From NCBI RefSeq assembly GCF_018350175.1, contig NC_058383.1:23376001-23440000 (forward strand): a stretch of DNA of 64,000 nucleotides. The letters run 5' to 3'. The stretch's first letter is position 1, and each line of letters opens with the position of its first letter. The translations under genes and the position numbers were made by a program. This DNA is from Felis catus. Taxonomy: Eukaryota. Positions 50,085 through 63,560 of the stretch are shown here, piece after piece. Below the pieces are notes generated by a model, which was not told the origin of the DNA, did not search any database, and worked only from the letters and a program-made list of their open reading frames with translations.

Positions 50085-50270
50085 CAGGCGTCGCAAAGGT
50101 CTTCCGCAAAGGGACAGATAGAAAGCGTGTCAGGCTCTGAAAGTCTCTGTTACCCAGCTCTGCTGTTTCGAAGAAAAAGCAGCCACAGACCACAGGTAAA
50201 CAAATGGGTGTGGCTGTGTTCCAGTTAAAACTTTATTTACAAAACAAGTGGCCAACAGGATTGGCCCTTC
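50085..50270 (+). mobile_element. MER58A-like hAT MITE
   Basis: aaagcagccacagac...aaacaaatgggtgtggctgtgttccagttaaaactttatttacaaaacaag. Confidence 0.85.
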
Positions 50271-51991
50271 TGGCTAGAACCTGGAGGAATGTGAAAACTG
50301 GCCTCAACTCCTAAGTTCCCCAGTCCCAAAGAGCTAGAGGATTCCACTGAGCCTCCTGGGGTGGAGAAGGGAGGAGTCCAACACCTTCCAGAAAGGAAAC
50401 CCAGGACAAGTCCTTCCTATACATCTTCACCTGTACTTGTAACAGAATCTTACAGAAACACCAGAAGGGCACCCAAGAAACTAATAAGTGCTTATCTGTA
50501 GGCCTGAGAGAGGGAGGAGACTTTCAGGTGTACACCTTTTGTATCATTTTGATTTTTCAACCAGCGGAAGATACCACTCAGGCATTATCTACTCAAAAAA
50601 CTAGTAAATAAATTTCTTCATAAAACACACTCTGTTTCTATATGGGCAGAAATGTCTCCAGTTGTCCACCATTAGATTTTAACTATTGAAAAAGACCTAC
50701 ATTTATCCCTAGAGTCACAAGCTAAAATTAGGCAGGGGGCAGGTTTTCAAGTGGTACTGCACTTGAACTGCTGAGTTGGCTGTGAAAAATGAGCAAGAGC
50801 CCCCTTTTCTGCTTTGGTTCTCAGGTCTGCTCTCTCAGTTAGGAGAAGTCTGCTTGCATCCTCTCTTATGTTTTTAACAACTCTCCATCTTCAGGTAACA
50901 GCACCCACTTTTACTTGAGGAACCCTCTCCCGCATCGGAGACCGGTTGGTGGCACTGTCAGTCAAGAGGGTCTGCCCGCCCAGATGCTGGTCATGTGACC
51001 CAGGCTAGGCCAATCAGATTCCCTCTCCCCGGAACGAGCCCAAAGGGGATCCTGCAGAGAAGAAAAAATTGTAAAAGTGCCTTGAAGAGTTTTGTCAGTT
51101 CCTGTTGCCTAGATCTTTGGAGCAGCTCTTTCTAAAGGTATGAGTATTGACATTTGTTTCAATTTTAATTGTTTCGTTTTGTTTTTCATTTGCCTAAATT
51201 GGCCAGTATCCATTTTTGTGAATTCATACTGATGAAGTGATCCTGCTTAAACAATTTCCAATGTCTCCCTGTGGCTTACAACCCAAAGAGCAGACAGGAG
51301 GTACAAATCTCAACAAACTCCGGCTCAGGACACCACCAGCCACCAAGCACCCTGTGCTTCAGCCCACCAGAATTTCTGCTCTTTCTCCAAATCTATTCCC
51401 AACTTGTCACCTAAAAAATTCCCTGATGCTGGTCATCTGAGGCAGCAGATTGGGCAGATCAGAGTGCCAGTCCGGTGCCAGTCTAGTGGCCAGTGAATGC
51501 TTTTTGAAAAGCCCTGTGCTCCAAATAGGAGTTTGGCCAGGCTCTTTTCCTTGAGAAACAGCAGAATCCACCACAAGTCTAGGACCCCCTGAGCCCATCT
51601 CAGAGATCTGAGATGATAGGGTTGTGGTTATGACAGCTCTGAATTCAAGCGTTTCTGCCATCTGACTGTGGGCAAGGTGCTTACTCCTTCTGGGTCTCAG
51701 GCTTCTGGTCTGTAAAAGGAGGAGATGAATTCTGCCCTCATCCTAGAAAGGGCTTATTTATATATTTAACAAACACCCAGCTTTACATATATTAATTCAG
51801 GTGATACTTATAACAACACCATAAGGCAGAGACTATTATTATCTTCATTTTGCAGATGAGGACACTGAGGCACAGAGAGGTTAACTTAATTGTCCAAGGT
51901 TACAAAGCTGGTATGGGGATGAAATGAAAGACTGCATGGAAGTTACTTAGCACAGGGCTCAGGAGATAATACATATTTCATAAAATGCTAG

Positions 51992-52383
51992 TTATATGGG
52001 CTGAATTGTGTCATCCCCCACCCCGCCCAAGTTCATGTGTTGAAGCCTAAACCCTCAGTGTGACTGTATTTGGAGATAAGGCCTTTAAAGGGGTAACTAA
52101 GATTAAATGAAGTCACAAGGGTGGGGCCTTAATCCAGCATGACTGGTGTTCTTCGAAGAAGAAAAGGAGACACCAGCAATGCGCTCACACAGAGATAAAG
52201 TCCATGTGAGGACACAGCAACAAGACAACCATCTCTAAGTCAAGGAGAGAGACCTCAGGAGAAACCAAACCTGCCAATACTTGATCTTGGGCTTCCAGAC
52301 CCCAGAAGTGTGAGAGGTAAATTTCTGTTGTGTGGCCACCCAGCCTGTGGTGTTTTGTGACACGGCCCTGGTGCACTAATACA
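51992..52383 (+). mobile_element. MLT1A/B MaLR solo LTR
   Basis: tatgggctgaattgtgtc...gtgactgtatttggagataaggcctttaa...gccacccagcctgtgg...ctaataca. Confidence 0.9.
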
Positions 52384-53158
52384 CCGCTGGAGAAGACCCC
52401 ATCTTGTGCTGGAAATCTCAACTGGTTTTTAAATGCTCATCTGACAAGTATTACACCAGGACACATTCTCCTTCAGGGACTCCATGCCTCATTCAGGATA
52501 AAGTCAGAAATCCTTGGCAAGATCTACAGGGCCCTCCAAAATACCTCTCCAAGTTCATCTTCTGTCACCCATCCAGTTCCACCTTCAATTCAACCATAAC
52601 AAATTTCACACTTCTCAAAACATGCCAGGGCTTTTTACGGACCATTTCCACCTCTCATCGACTCCTCCTCCTCATGCTTCCTAGATGCATCCTGCAAGAC
52701 CCAGCCTTAGTATTTCTTCTGTAGCTTTCATGGAACTTCCCAGGCAGAGTTGGATACTTCCTTCTCTGTGCCACTACCATACCTAGCACATAGAGCTGTT
52801 GTATTATACTGCTATCACCTGACCTCATGTCTCTCCACCACCACCGCCATCATCATCACCATCTCTAACATCTATTGATGTGCTATGCACTAGGTACTGT
52901 GCTTAGTGGTTGACATGCATGATCTTCCTTTATTCCTCACAATAACTTTGTGAATTGGGCTTGTCGGCATACTTTAGTTGCAAGAAACAAAGTGACTGTA
53001 GGTGATTTAAGCCACTGGGAAATTACTGTATGGAAATGGGAGACCGTGTCATCTATAGTAGCCTCTAGACTATAGCCAAGCCTGGGAGCAGACAAGAACC
53101 AAGGCACTTCCAGAAGCAAAAAAAAAAAAAAAAAAAGAAGAAGAAGAAGAAGAAGCAC

Positions 53159-53335
53159 CAGGCGCCTGGCTGGCTCAGTCGGAAGAGTATGCAACACTTG
53201 ATCTGGGAGTGGATCTCAAGCCCCATACTGGGTGTAGAGATTACTAAAACGGAAGGAAGGAAGGAAAGAAGGAAGGAAGGAAGGAAGGAAGGAAGGAAGG
53301 AAGGAAGGAAGGAAGGGAGGCAGGCAAGAAAGCAC
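53159..53335 (+). mobile_element. Short Can-SINE with (GGAA)n tail
   Basis: ggcgcctggctggctcagtcggaagag...gggtgtagagattac followed by (GGAA)n. Confidence 0.85.
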
Positions 53336-53376
53336 AACAAAGATAGAATAGTCCGATATTTAAAAGCATGGATTCT

Positions 53377-53549
53377 GGGGCACCTGGGTGGCTCAGTTGG
53401 TTAAGCATCCAATCTCACAGTTCATGAGTTCGAGCCCCACGTGGGCTCTGTGCTGACAGCTCAGAGCCTGGAGCCTGCTTCAGATTCTGTGTCTTCATCT
53501 CTCTCTCTCTCTGTCTCTCTCAAAAATAAACATTTTTTTAAAAATTAAA
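53377..53549 (+). mobile_element. Can-SINE inserted in a MIR
   Basis: Near-TSD taaaag(c/g)atgg(a/g)ttct at 53361-53376 and 53550-53565; MIR continues to about 53785. Confidence 0.9.
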
Positions 53550-54359
53550 TAAAAGGATGGGTTCTAGAACCAGGTTCCCTGGGTTCAAATCCTGTTCTTG
53601 ATACTTACTAGCTTTAAGATGCACAAATTACTTGGGCTATGCATGCCTTGGCTTTCCCATCTGTAAAATGGGGATAATAAGAGCATGTCTGATGGTTTTA
53701 CTGTATTAAATAAGTGTATATAATTAAAGTATTTACTACAGTGCTGAGCACTTAGTAAGTGGTCTGTGGGTGTTAGCTGTTGTAATTGAGACTAGAATGA
53801 GTTTGATTAGGAAACCACCTTTGTCATTAAATCAAATTTCTTCCATTATCTGTCCCTGATCTGCCCAGGATTCAAATCCTAGGTAGAAAGCATCAGAATA
53901 CACCAGCTTCGTTCCTGTGCCCACTCCACATCTAGGAGAGGATGGGGTCTCCAATTACTATCCCATGAGCATGCATCAAGGGGGAGAAAAGTGATTCTTC
54001 AAAAGTAAAGTAAGAGAATCTAGAATTTAACTCACACATAAATAGTCAAATGATTTTCAACAGGAGGCCAAGGCAGTTCAATGAGAAAAGGGTAATCTCC
54101 CAACAAATGGTGTGAAAACAATCGGCTATCCTTATGTTAAAAAATGAATTTAGACCCTTAACTCACACCACGTGCAAAAAAATTAACTGGAAGTGGATCA
54201 TAATCCAAATGTAAGAACTAAAACTTCTAGAAGAAAACATAACAGAAAACTTTTGTGACCTTGGTCTAAACAAACATTTCTTAGTATTGACATTACAAGA
54301 ACAATCCATAAAAGAAAAGGTTAACAAATTGGACTTCACCAAAATTTAAAACTTTCGGG

Positions 54360-54560
54360 TTTTTTTTTTTTAATGTTTTAGAGAGAGAGAGGGTGTGCGA
54401 GTGGGGGAGGGAAGGCAGAGACAAAGAGAGAGAGAATCCCAAGCAGACTCCATGCTCAGCATGGAACCTGATACGGGGCTCGATCCCACAATCCTGGGAC
54501 CATGACCTGAGTCAAAATCAAGAGTCAGACACTCAAGCGACTGAGCCAACCAGGCACCCC
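54360..54560 (-). mobile_element. Can-SINE
   Basis: TSD-like taaaactt at 54347 and 54561. Confidence 0.9.
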
Positions 54561-54595
54561 TAAAACTTCTGCTCTTTATAAGATAGCACTAAGTT

Positions 54596-54804
54596 GGGGT
54601 GCCTGGTGGCTCAATCAGTTGAGCATCTGACTCTTGATTTCAGCTCAGGCCATGATCTCACAGTTTGTTAGATGGAGCCTGGCATCAGGCTCTGCACTCA
54701 CAGCGTGGAGCCTGCCTGGGGTCCTCTTGCTCGCTCGCTCTCTGCTCCCACCCCACTTGTTCTCTCTCTCTGAAGATAAATAAATAAACTTAAAATATAC
54801 ATAT
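54596..54804 (+). mobile_element. Can-SINE
   Basis: Near-TSD atagcac(t/g)aagt at 54583-54594 and 54805-54816. Confidence 0.9.
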
Positions 54805-57104
54805 ATAGCACGAAGTAAAATGAAAAAGACAAGCCACAGACTGAAAGAAAACATTTGCCAAACACATACCTGATAAAGGACCTGTATCCAAAATAACGAA
54901 TGGTTACAACTGCATAATATGCAGACAAACAACCCAATTTTTTTAATGGGCAAAAGATGTGAATGAACACTTCTCCAAAGAAGATATATGAATGGGTATT
55001 AAGTGTATGACAAGGTGCACACACCGTTGGCCATCACAGAAATGCAAACGGAGACCTCAGTGAGATGCCACAACATATTTAGAGGGGCTAAATAAAAACG
55101 ATGGACAAATCAAATGTTTGTGAGGATGGAGAGTAAATGCATATTGATGGTAACTCATACTGATGGTGAGAATATAAAATGGTATGGCCATTTTGGAAAA
55201 TGATTTGGCGGTTTCTTAAAAAATTACTTTAGCATACAACCCAGCAATTTCTCTCCTAGGTACCTAGTTAAGAGAAATAAAAGTATGTGTCCACACAAAG
55301 ACGTCTATGCAAGTGTAACAGCCCAAAACTGGACAACCCGAGTATCCGTCAACTGGTAAATGCGTAAAATAGGCATTAAAAGGGAACAAACTGGATGCGT
55401 GCAACAACAGGGACAGATCTCAGGATCACTATGCTAAGTGAAAGAAGCCGGACATAGAAGACTACGTGTTATGTGATTCGGGTGACAGGAGATTTCAAGA
55501 AAAGAGTGTAGAGATGGAAACGCATTGGTGGTCGCCTACAGCTGGAGGTGGGGGAAGGCATCAACCACAAATGGGAATGAGGAAACTCTGGGGAGTGATG
55601 GAAGTATTCTAAAACTGGATTGAGGAGGTAATTGCACAATTATATAAATTAAAACTAAAAACTCATCGAACTGTACATTTAAAATGGGTGGATTTCAATG
55701 CATATAAATTGTGCCTCAATAAAGCTTTTAAAAATAAACAATAAACTATGAAAGAAAAGAAAGAAGGAACAGAAAACCAATGCTGTTAGCTGGGTTTAGA
55801 GAGAAAAACACAAACACGTATTATCCCATTTTATGCATTAGGACAGTGAGAAATAATGATGTGCCTGATGTCACACAGCTAGTAAGTGACAAAACCCAGA
55901 TGCGAACCTCAACTCTTTGACCCCAAACCCATGCTGCTGACCCCTCCGCTAAGCGAACTTTCTTCCCTGTTGTGCGAACTGCCTCCAGCCCACGCCACTG
56001 TGTACGGGGCTAGCATGAGGGACTCTGCTCACATCACTACGTGACCAGAATGCTCATCTGGATGACATGTAAGCAAGAGATACTCGGAGGCCTGCTGTCC
56101 TCGGACGGTTCAGTTAAGTTGTGGTTGTTACTCTTCTTTGAGCTCGGTGTGCTCAGCTTCATTTGGTGCTTTTTGTATATTGCTCATCTGGCAGAGAATT
56201 ACTACTCTACTCTACAAGTTCCCACAGATGGCTTTATTTGCCATTGCTATTAAATTGGTTTTGAACAAGACATAATTCTTCAAGTGCCTAGTGAGCTCTC
56301 TGGGTTTGCTCAGGCAAGATTCCATAAAAATGTAAATAATCGGAACACTTCTGGGATTATTTATCACAACTGACTTGCGGCTGTAAATTTATGTATTAAT
56401 TTCAGCTATAAGTTTCAGTGGGGAAAATATGAACAGTTGAAAATAGACTCTCCCACCTAACATCTTCTCTATGTCCCCATTTCCCTTTGGCTTCCAGAGA
56501 ACATACTATAGAATGGCCAACAGATCTGGGTGTGAAAGACACTGGACAAGATCAGAAAGAAATGAGGTGGCAAGCAGGAAAAAAATCGTTCCTCAACAAG
56601 CCATAGGCTGGTCTCTTACCACTCCCCCTACTCTTGGAACTCCAGACACACCAGCCTTCTTTCAGTTCCTCCTGGTGATTCCTGCCTCAGGACCTTGCAC
56701 ATGCTCCCTTGGCTTACAACGTTCTTTCCTCCCTTTTTAGCCAGGTTCAGCTATACTCATCCTTCAGCTCTTGGCTCGGCATCACTTGTTATGAAAAGCT
56801 TTCCATGCCCACCTGTCCACCACGTCAGGTCTGCTCTGGTGGTAGCTGGTCCTTCTCATCCACAACACTGAACACAATTGTAATTTCTCATTTTTGTAGG
56901 CATTTTGTAGGCATTTTTAAACATTAAGTCTGTCTTTCCTACTCAGCTTTGAACTTCATGAGGGCTAGGCCCATGTCCTTTGTCACCTGCATCCCCAGAG
57001 CCTGGCATAGATTTGAAGATGAATGAGTATGTGTTTAGTGAATTGATGAGTCCAGTTAAGAGTAGGAGAACATAGCTGGGCTTCCGGGGCTCTGCACATA
57101 CACT

Positions 57105-57539
57105 CAGATCTGTCGCTGCTGTTAGCACACAAGCACAGGTGTGCACAGGTGTGCAGCTCAGCCAGCACCCATATGTCCTGTCAGAGGACTGCTCTCACTT
57201 TGCCTGGGTATGCCAACAGCACGAAGTATCTAGGAATTCCCATTCCCTTTAAAGAATTCCCTTTAGCCCTTAACCAATTAGTGACAGGTACAGGTGTATA
57301 AACTCACCAGCCCTTGTCTTTGTGAGGCGTGACCTGTATAGCTGCTGGAGCTCCCCTGTGGGACTGAGCCATGCGGACCTTCCATGGGACCTTGCTTGAT
57401 GATATCACACTCTTCTTGCCTCTTCCAGTCCCCACCCCATGTCTCTACTTCTCTACCCGTGTCCCCTGAGAAGTCCTAATAAATGACTCTACACAATCTG
57501 CATCACAGGGGCTGCTTCTGGGGAGCACAACCTAAAACA
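57105..57539 (+). mobile_element. LTR16-like ERVL solo LTR
   Basis: gcccttaaccaattagtgacaggtacaggtgtataaa...ctggagctcccctgtgggactgagc...cctaataaat...ctgcttctggggagcacaacctaaaaca. Confidence 0.75.
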
Positions 57540-58191
57540 GAGAGCCTGCTGCTGGAAAAGTTTCCCGCTGAGCTGTGATTAATACCATAAATTTTGGTGC
57601 ATGAAAGCACTCCAGCCAGACCATTTGCTGGTTCAGACGAGGTTAGGTCCTGCCAGTAACTCTCTAAACTGGCAAGAGCACCCTGTCTATAAAGAGAGAG
57701 CACTAAACCCCCCCACTTTCCAATCTTCGCCCCATGACCCAGTGCCCTGCAAAAGGAGTCAAGAGGCTGTGCCTCTGGCATCCCAACCAAACTGGACATG
57801 GAAGTCTGCTGGCAAGACTGTCTTGAGGGTAAGCCAAGATCATCTCTACCTGCTCCTTCTCCTGGATTTCAGCTCAGGCCAGGCCAGGGCAGGACCAAGC
57901 CTGGGGGTGGGAAGAAGGGGGCCCATCTGGATAGAGATCTTGCAGGGAGGAGACGCAGGCTGTTAAGGTCTATAGAGTAAGGACACCTTCAGCTTCAGGG
58001 AAGAGAGTGTACAACCCAAAGAGGTTTAATAATGGGGCCTATTCAGTGAGGAATTTCCAATAAGGGAAAGTCACGTGGTGTTACGAGAGGAAGGATCAGG
58101 GGAAACCTATGTAGATGGGATTGGTAGAAAGGCCTCTCTGAGGAGGTCCATCAGATTCAGGACTAGAGAGCTAGCTACATGGGGAAGAACA

Positions 58192-58645
58192 CTGCGGTTG
58201 GCAGAATACCACTGCCCACCAAAGATGTCCATGTTCTGATCCCTGGAGTCTATGACTGTTACCTTACGTTGGCAGAAGGCGCCTTACAGACAAGACCGAG
58301 TTCAGAATTGTAAGGTGGGGAGATTATCCTGGATTATTCCACGGGGTCCACCCTGACCAGAAGGGTCCTCATGAGGGAAAAGTAGAGGCAAGAGAATCAA
58401 AGGTGTGCCAAGGAAATCAGAGGTCTGACGTGGCCAGGAGCCAAGGAATCCAGACAGCCTCTACTTCTGGCAGAAGCAAAGAAATGGATTCTCTCCTTAG
58501 AGCCTCCGAAGTAATACACCTTGATTTTAATCCCCTGAGACCTGTCTGGGACTTGTGAGCTCCAAAACTTTTAGATAAGAAATGTGTGTTATTTTAGGTC
58601 ACTAAGTCTGGTCATTTGTTACAGAAGGCAATGGAAATGAACACA
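58192..58645 (+). mobile_element. MLT1C/D MaLR solo LTR inserted in L2
   Basis: ggcagaata...caaagatgtccatgttctgatccctgga...gagattatcctggattat...atttgttacag. Confidence 0.85.
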
Positions 58646-59882
58646 AGCATTGTCACAGAGGAAACAGTTGTGTACAGTTCCAAGGTGGGGGCCTTGTAGC
58701 ATTAGTGAGAAGTATGAGGCCATCAGTGTGGCTGGTACCTAGTGGGCCAACCCCTATGCCAAGGTGACAGGCAAACAGGGGCCAGATCATGTGAGGCCTT
58801 AGAAACCGTGGTAAGAAGTTTGGATTTTCTTCTAAAATTGGTGGGAAGCCATTAAAAATTTTTATTGTAATCTAATTTGCATTTTCCCAAGCTCGCTGTG
58901 GCTGCTGCATGGAGAAATGGATGCAGGGCTGCACAAGGACCAATGAGAGGAGAGGCACAGAGACAGTCAGGAACCCAGTCCGGCCACCACAAGTGACACA
59001 ATGATGGTCCCCATCAGGGCAGTGGGGATGCAGATAGGAGAAGGCTGCAAGACAGAGCTCAGACACTGATGTATTGGCTCTGAAACAAATCAGATAAAAT
59101 AATTTGGACATCTTAATGCCAGAGGCCCTTCCATCAAATAACAGCCAGCTTTTCAGAGACCACACGTTGGCTCCTGACAGTGACAAAATTGGTGTCGCCA
59201 CAGAAGTCCCAGAGCAGAGACTTGGGTATGTTCCAGTAGAGCAGAGAGGAGAAGGAAAATGTATGTTCCTTCCCAAATATCCAGCAACAAATGACTGCCG
59301 AGTGAGAAAGAAATTTAGCCAAAGTGCAGAAGGATGGTCTGGCCACACTGCGGACCCTTGAGAAGTGAGATGTTATTTATGGAGACAGTGACTTATTCTC
59401 CTAAACAACCATAATGTCCTGACCTGTCTGATTTCCGTGAAAACCTCTAGTTCAACTTCCAATTTGAAGTTACAAAAATGAGCATGGGTCCTTCAGGAAT
59501 TCAGATTTGATGTGAAGTATATCCAAAGACCTGCCAACAGATGTTACAGCATCTTGGAAACGTTCAAGACTCGTGCCTGCTGACAGAAGCGTTAAGTAGA
59601 ATCACTGTTCTGATTTTTTTTAAGCTAGGATGGGGGATTGTGCTTGTCCTGGGGTGACCTTCAGGAGTCTCCTCTGTTCCTCACAAGAAACAACAATCAC
59701 AGTGATGATGCTAAAAACAGAACACAACAAAGCTCCCACTTCACTTACATGTACAATAATCCTATAGACTTATGACCCCCATTGTTAGATATGAAGAAAG
59801 TGAATCTCAAGAAGTAACATAATTTACCAGTGTCATACAAGGAAGCAGCAGAGATGGGTCTAATACAAAATCAAAATCTGAA

Positions 59883-60106
59883 CTGTGGATCTGCAAACAA
59901 TGGCCTGAGGGCAAAACCCCAGCTACCACTTGTTTTTGTCAATAAAGTTTTATTGGAACATACTCACGCCCATTTGTTCACCTACTGCCTATGACTGCTT
60001 TCACAACCAAGGACAGAGCTGAGTGGTTGCAACGGAAACCATATGGCCCACAGAGCCTAAAATATTTACTATCCGGCCCTTTACAGAAAAAGTCTGCCAA
60101 TTCCTG
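59883..60106 (-). mobile_element. MER58A-like hAT MITE
   Basis: aataaagttttattggaaca...cccatttgtt...tggcccacagagcctaaaatatttactatccggccctttacagaaaaagt. Confidence 0.88.
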
Positions 60107-61261
60107 TTCTAGATCATACATCACACCGGAGTGTTACTTCCTAATGCATTCTCCTACTCCTTCATGCCACGTCCACAAGTCAGAGCCTATTCCAGAGCAC
60201 TGAATAAGACACCCAGATGCCTCCTACTCTCATACTTAACCTGGCAAGACCCTGGGCAACCTTCCTCTTTGCCTGCTCTGTACTGAGAGGAGGGTGGGGT
60301 GAAGGCTAAATTACCACAAGCAGGATCCTGGTGCCTTGTGCCTCCAAGACCGGTTCTACACCTGAGAGAGTGAGCCGGAGTACTCACTGGGGGATGACCT
60401 GCTCCAGGAATGGTTTTTTGAAAGGCATGAATGTTATTTATGAGACAGTTTACTTTTCTAGCCAACCATAAAGCCCTGACCTGTAGGAGTTCTTTGAAAC
60501 ACCCCAAGCATTATCTCTGTTACATGAAGCCTTTCCATTGGGGGTTGGGAGGGCCGTCGTAGATCATCTAAGCAGCCACGGGGAGGGGGAATGAGGATGG
60601 AACGGCGAGGGTGCTTCCGACCATCCTGTAGCCCTGCCCCGAAGCCAGCAGGAATAGATGCAAAGGGAAGATGGGTCAGGGCCTGGCCCTGTTGTTTCTC
60701 TCACTGGCCGACAGCTAGACCCACAGCCCAGCCCAGCCTTACCTGCCCTACCTGGTTCCTTTACTCCAGCTTCCAATCCTCTTTGATTTTTAAAAGATTA
60801 TCTTGGCTTCATTTGTCTTCCACTTACCACCTGTGCTGTTAAGTAGCTCTTCCACTTAAGCGGTTCTGAAGTGTTGAGTCATACCATTCTGTTCTGGTCA
60901 TTAGAGCTTTGTAATATGTTATTATATCTGGTGTTTCAAGTCCCTTCCCATGCTGTCCTCACTGGACCACAGAATTACTTTTTTAAGGTAGTAAACAGTG
61001 TAAATTCCATGTGTTAATCTGTAAGCTAATTTTGGAAGAATTTAAATCCCTAAACTCTTTAGGCTCCTATTCAGGTGACTGATACATTTCTTTATCTAAG
61101 CCATCTGCATTGCTCTGTAAATTTTTATAGTCTTCTTCATGCACATTTCCTCTTACAGCCTGGTTATTTTATTTTTTGTTGATACTGTGAATAAGACTTT
61201 AATAATAGTCTTCTTATTGGCTATTGATTTTTAAATGTTTACCTAAGATCCAACCATGTTC

Positions 61262-61284
61262 TTTAATTTTTTTTTATGTTTATT

Positions 61285-61340
<56 letters not shown>

Positions 61341-61507
61341 TGCAAGCAGGGGAGGGGCAGAGAAAGAGGGAGACACAGAGCCTGAAGCAGGTTCCAGGCT
61401 CTGAGCTTTCAGCACAGAGCCTGACACAAGGCTCGAATTCATGGACCATGAGATCATGATCTGAGCCAAAGTTGGAAGCTTAACTGACTGAGCCACCCAG
61501 GTGCCCC
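61262..61507 (-). mobile_element. Can-SINE
   Basis: Full body with (GA)n. Confidence 0.92.
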
Positions 61508-61579
61508 TTATATGGTGCATTTTTTTAACCTCAAGCTGCGCTGTAATATACTAATGGATTCCTTGTTATCAAATAGTCC

Positions 61580-61896
61580 TGGATCAACATTCAGAATATA
61601 AAAAGAAATCCTACAAATCAATAAGAAGAGGATTTTTTAAATCTAGTGTAAATTAGAAAGGATATAAACAGACAATTCAGAGAAAAAGGAACACTCTTGA
61701 TCAATGAACACTGGAAACATCTCCACCCTGCCAGTAATCAGGGAGACACAAATTAAAAAGTAATAAATGGGTGGCTCAATCAGTTGAGCATCCATCCCAC
61801 TCTTAGCTTCAGCTCAGGTCATGACCTCACGGTTTGTGAGACCGAGCCCTGAATCAGGCTCTGCGATGATAATGTGGAGCCTGCTTGGGATTCTCA

Positions 61897-61939
<43 letters not shown>

Positions 61940-62615
61940 CCTTCCCCCCTTGCTTGCACGCATGCTCGCACATGCACTCTCCCTCTCTCTCAAAACAAAC
62001 AAACAAACATGAAAGAAAGAAAAAGCAAGCAAGCAAGCAAGAAGCCTATCCCACATAAGACTTAGCAAGGCTGTAGAAGACAGAACTCTCACACCCTGCT
62101 GTCAGGAGAGGAAACTGCTATAACCTGGGGAAACATGTGCCATGTTTGTGGTAGCACTTTTATCAGCCACCAAAATAAGGGAAACAAACTAAATGTCCAT
62201 GTGTAAAAAAAAAAAAAGAAATAAAATATAGTGCATTTGTATAATGAATCAACTAGATCTACTTGTATCAACATGGATAAATCTTGAGAACATAATGCCA
62301 AGGGGTGGGGGTGGGGGAGAGCAAGTTCCAGAGAGACACATTTAGAATAAAGCCAGTTATGAAATTTTAAGGACATACAAAATAATATGTAGCTAAATAT
62401 TTATGGACACATAAAAATTGTAGAAATACAAAACATAGATTAGAAGAATAAATACCAACTTCAAAATAGTTGTTTTTGCAAAGGATGAGGGATGGAAGAA
62501 GGGAAGGAGAGAGACGAGGAGAGAATGAAATCCAGGAGGGGTGCAAAAAAGTTGCCTCAACTAACCTATGAGATTTTCTTTTATTTCTTTTTTAATGAAA
62601 TTGATCTGAAAAACA
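61580..62615 (+). mobile_element. Old L1ME-like 3' fragment (with a SINE at 61769-62040)
   Basis: cctacaaatcaataagaag...aacagacaattcagagaaa...tatcaacatggataaatctt. Confidence 0.65.
61769..62040 (+). mobile_element. Can-SINE
   Basis: gggtggctcaatcagttgagc...ctctctcaaaacaaac tail. Confidence 0.88.
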
Positions 62616-62619
62616 AAAG

Positions 62620-63560
62620 TCTTTGCATTCTGGGGCTAAATCCTACTTGGTCATGGTGAATGATTCTATTAATGTATTATTGAATTCTGTTTGCTATTAT
62701 TTTATTTATAGTCTTTCATCTAGTGCCTTGGTCTTCTGTTCTCCCCCCCTCCCCCTGCCCCTCCACTATATTCTTCAAGATTGGATTTCAGGGTTGTTCC
62801 ATCCTCATAAAATGAATTAGGGAGTTTTCCATGCTTTTCTATAATCTGGAACCGTTAGTCAAGTATAGGAAAAAATCTGCTACTGGAAGATGGGGGGGGG
62901 GGGGAACACATTAGAAAAATCTCTGTTCAAGGAGGCTACTTTAGAGCTACCATTTAGTAACACTTTAACTTTTTAATTTTTGTATGATTATTCTGCTCTT
63001 CACACATTACTTTTGCACGAGCCAATTTATATAGTTGAAAGTGCACAAAAATCAGCATCGTTGGGCTTTTTTTCATTTCTTTACAAAGACTTGTGCATAG
63101 GAATATCTTGGGTTTTAATCTCCCATGTACCTTTTTGACTTCCTCATTTATAATTTTGTTTTGCTTTCCCTCCCTTTAGTCAATATGCCAGAGGTTTATC
63201 TGTACTATTGGTTTTCTTCCAAAGGCCACTTCTGGGATGTATTTGTTATAACTTGAACTTTTCTGTTTTCGAATCCATGGGTTTCTGCTTTGTTCTTGAA
63301 AAGATTTATTTTTCTTTACTTCCTGAAAATTTTTTTTGCTAATTTTCATACTTCTTGATTTTAAAGCTAACTTCATTCATTTTTATTTTCAACAATAAAA
63401 AGCAATTTAAGGGCTTTGGCTATATCCTGTAAGTTTTCATATGTATGAGTCACATTCTCATTATTCTCTAAGTAGTCTTTGATTATATATTTTATTTTTC
63501 TTTTGACTCAATAATTACTTGGGAAATTGTTCTTTTTTCTTTATTTCCATATAGTAATAG
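62620..63560 (-). mobile_element. Old L1M ORF2 fragment (antisense)
   Basis: ttgcattctggggctaaatcctacttggtcatggtg; cctcataaaatgaattagggag; gccagaggtttatc. Confidence 0.6.

Larger units (their letters stand above)
54030..55750 (+). mobile_element. Old L1M (L1MB/L1MC-like) ORF2 3' part and 3' UTR, with two SINEs
   Basis: gccaaggcagttcaatgagaaaagg...acacttctccaaagaagatata...ctcatcgaactgtacatttaaaatgggtg...cctcaataaagc. Confidence 0.85.

Noticed and set aside
60232..60246. atacttaacctggca resembles the U1 snRNA 5' end
   Set aside because: It has an extra base and the similarity stops after about 15 nt; no U1 body or TSD
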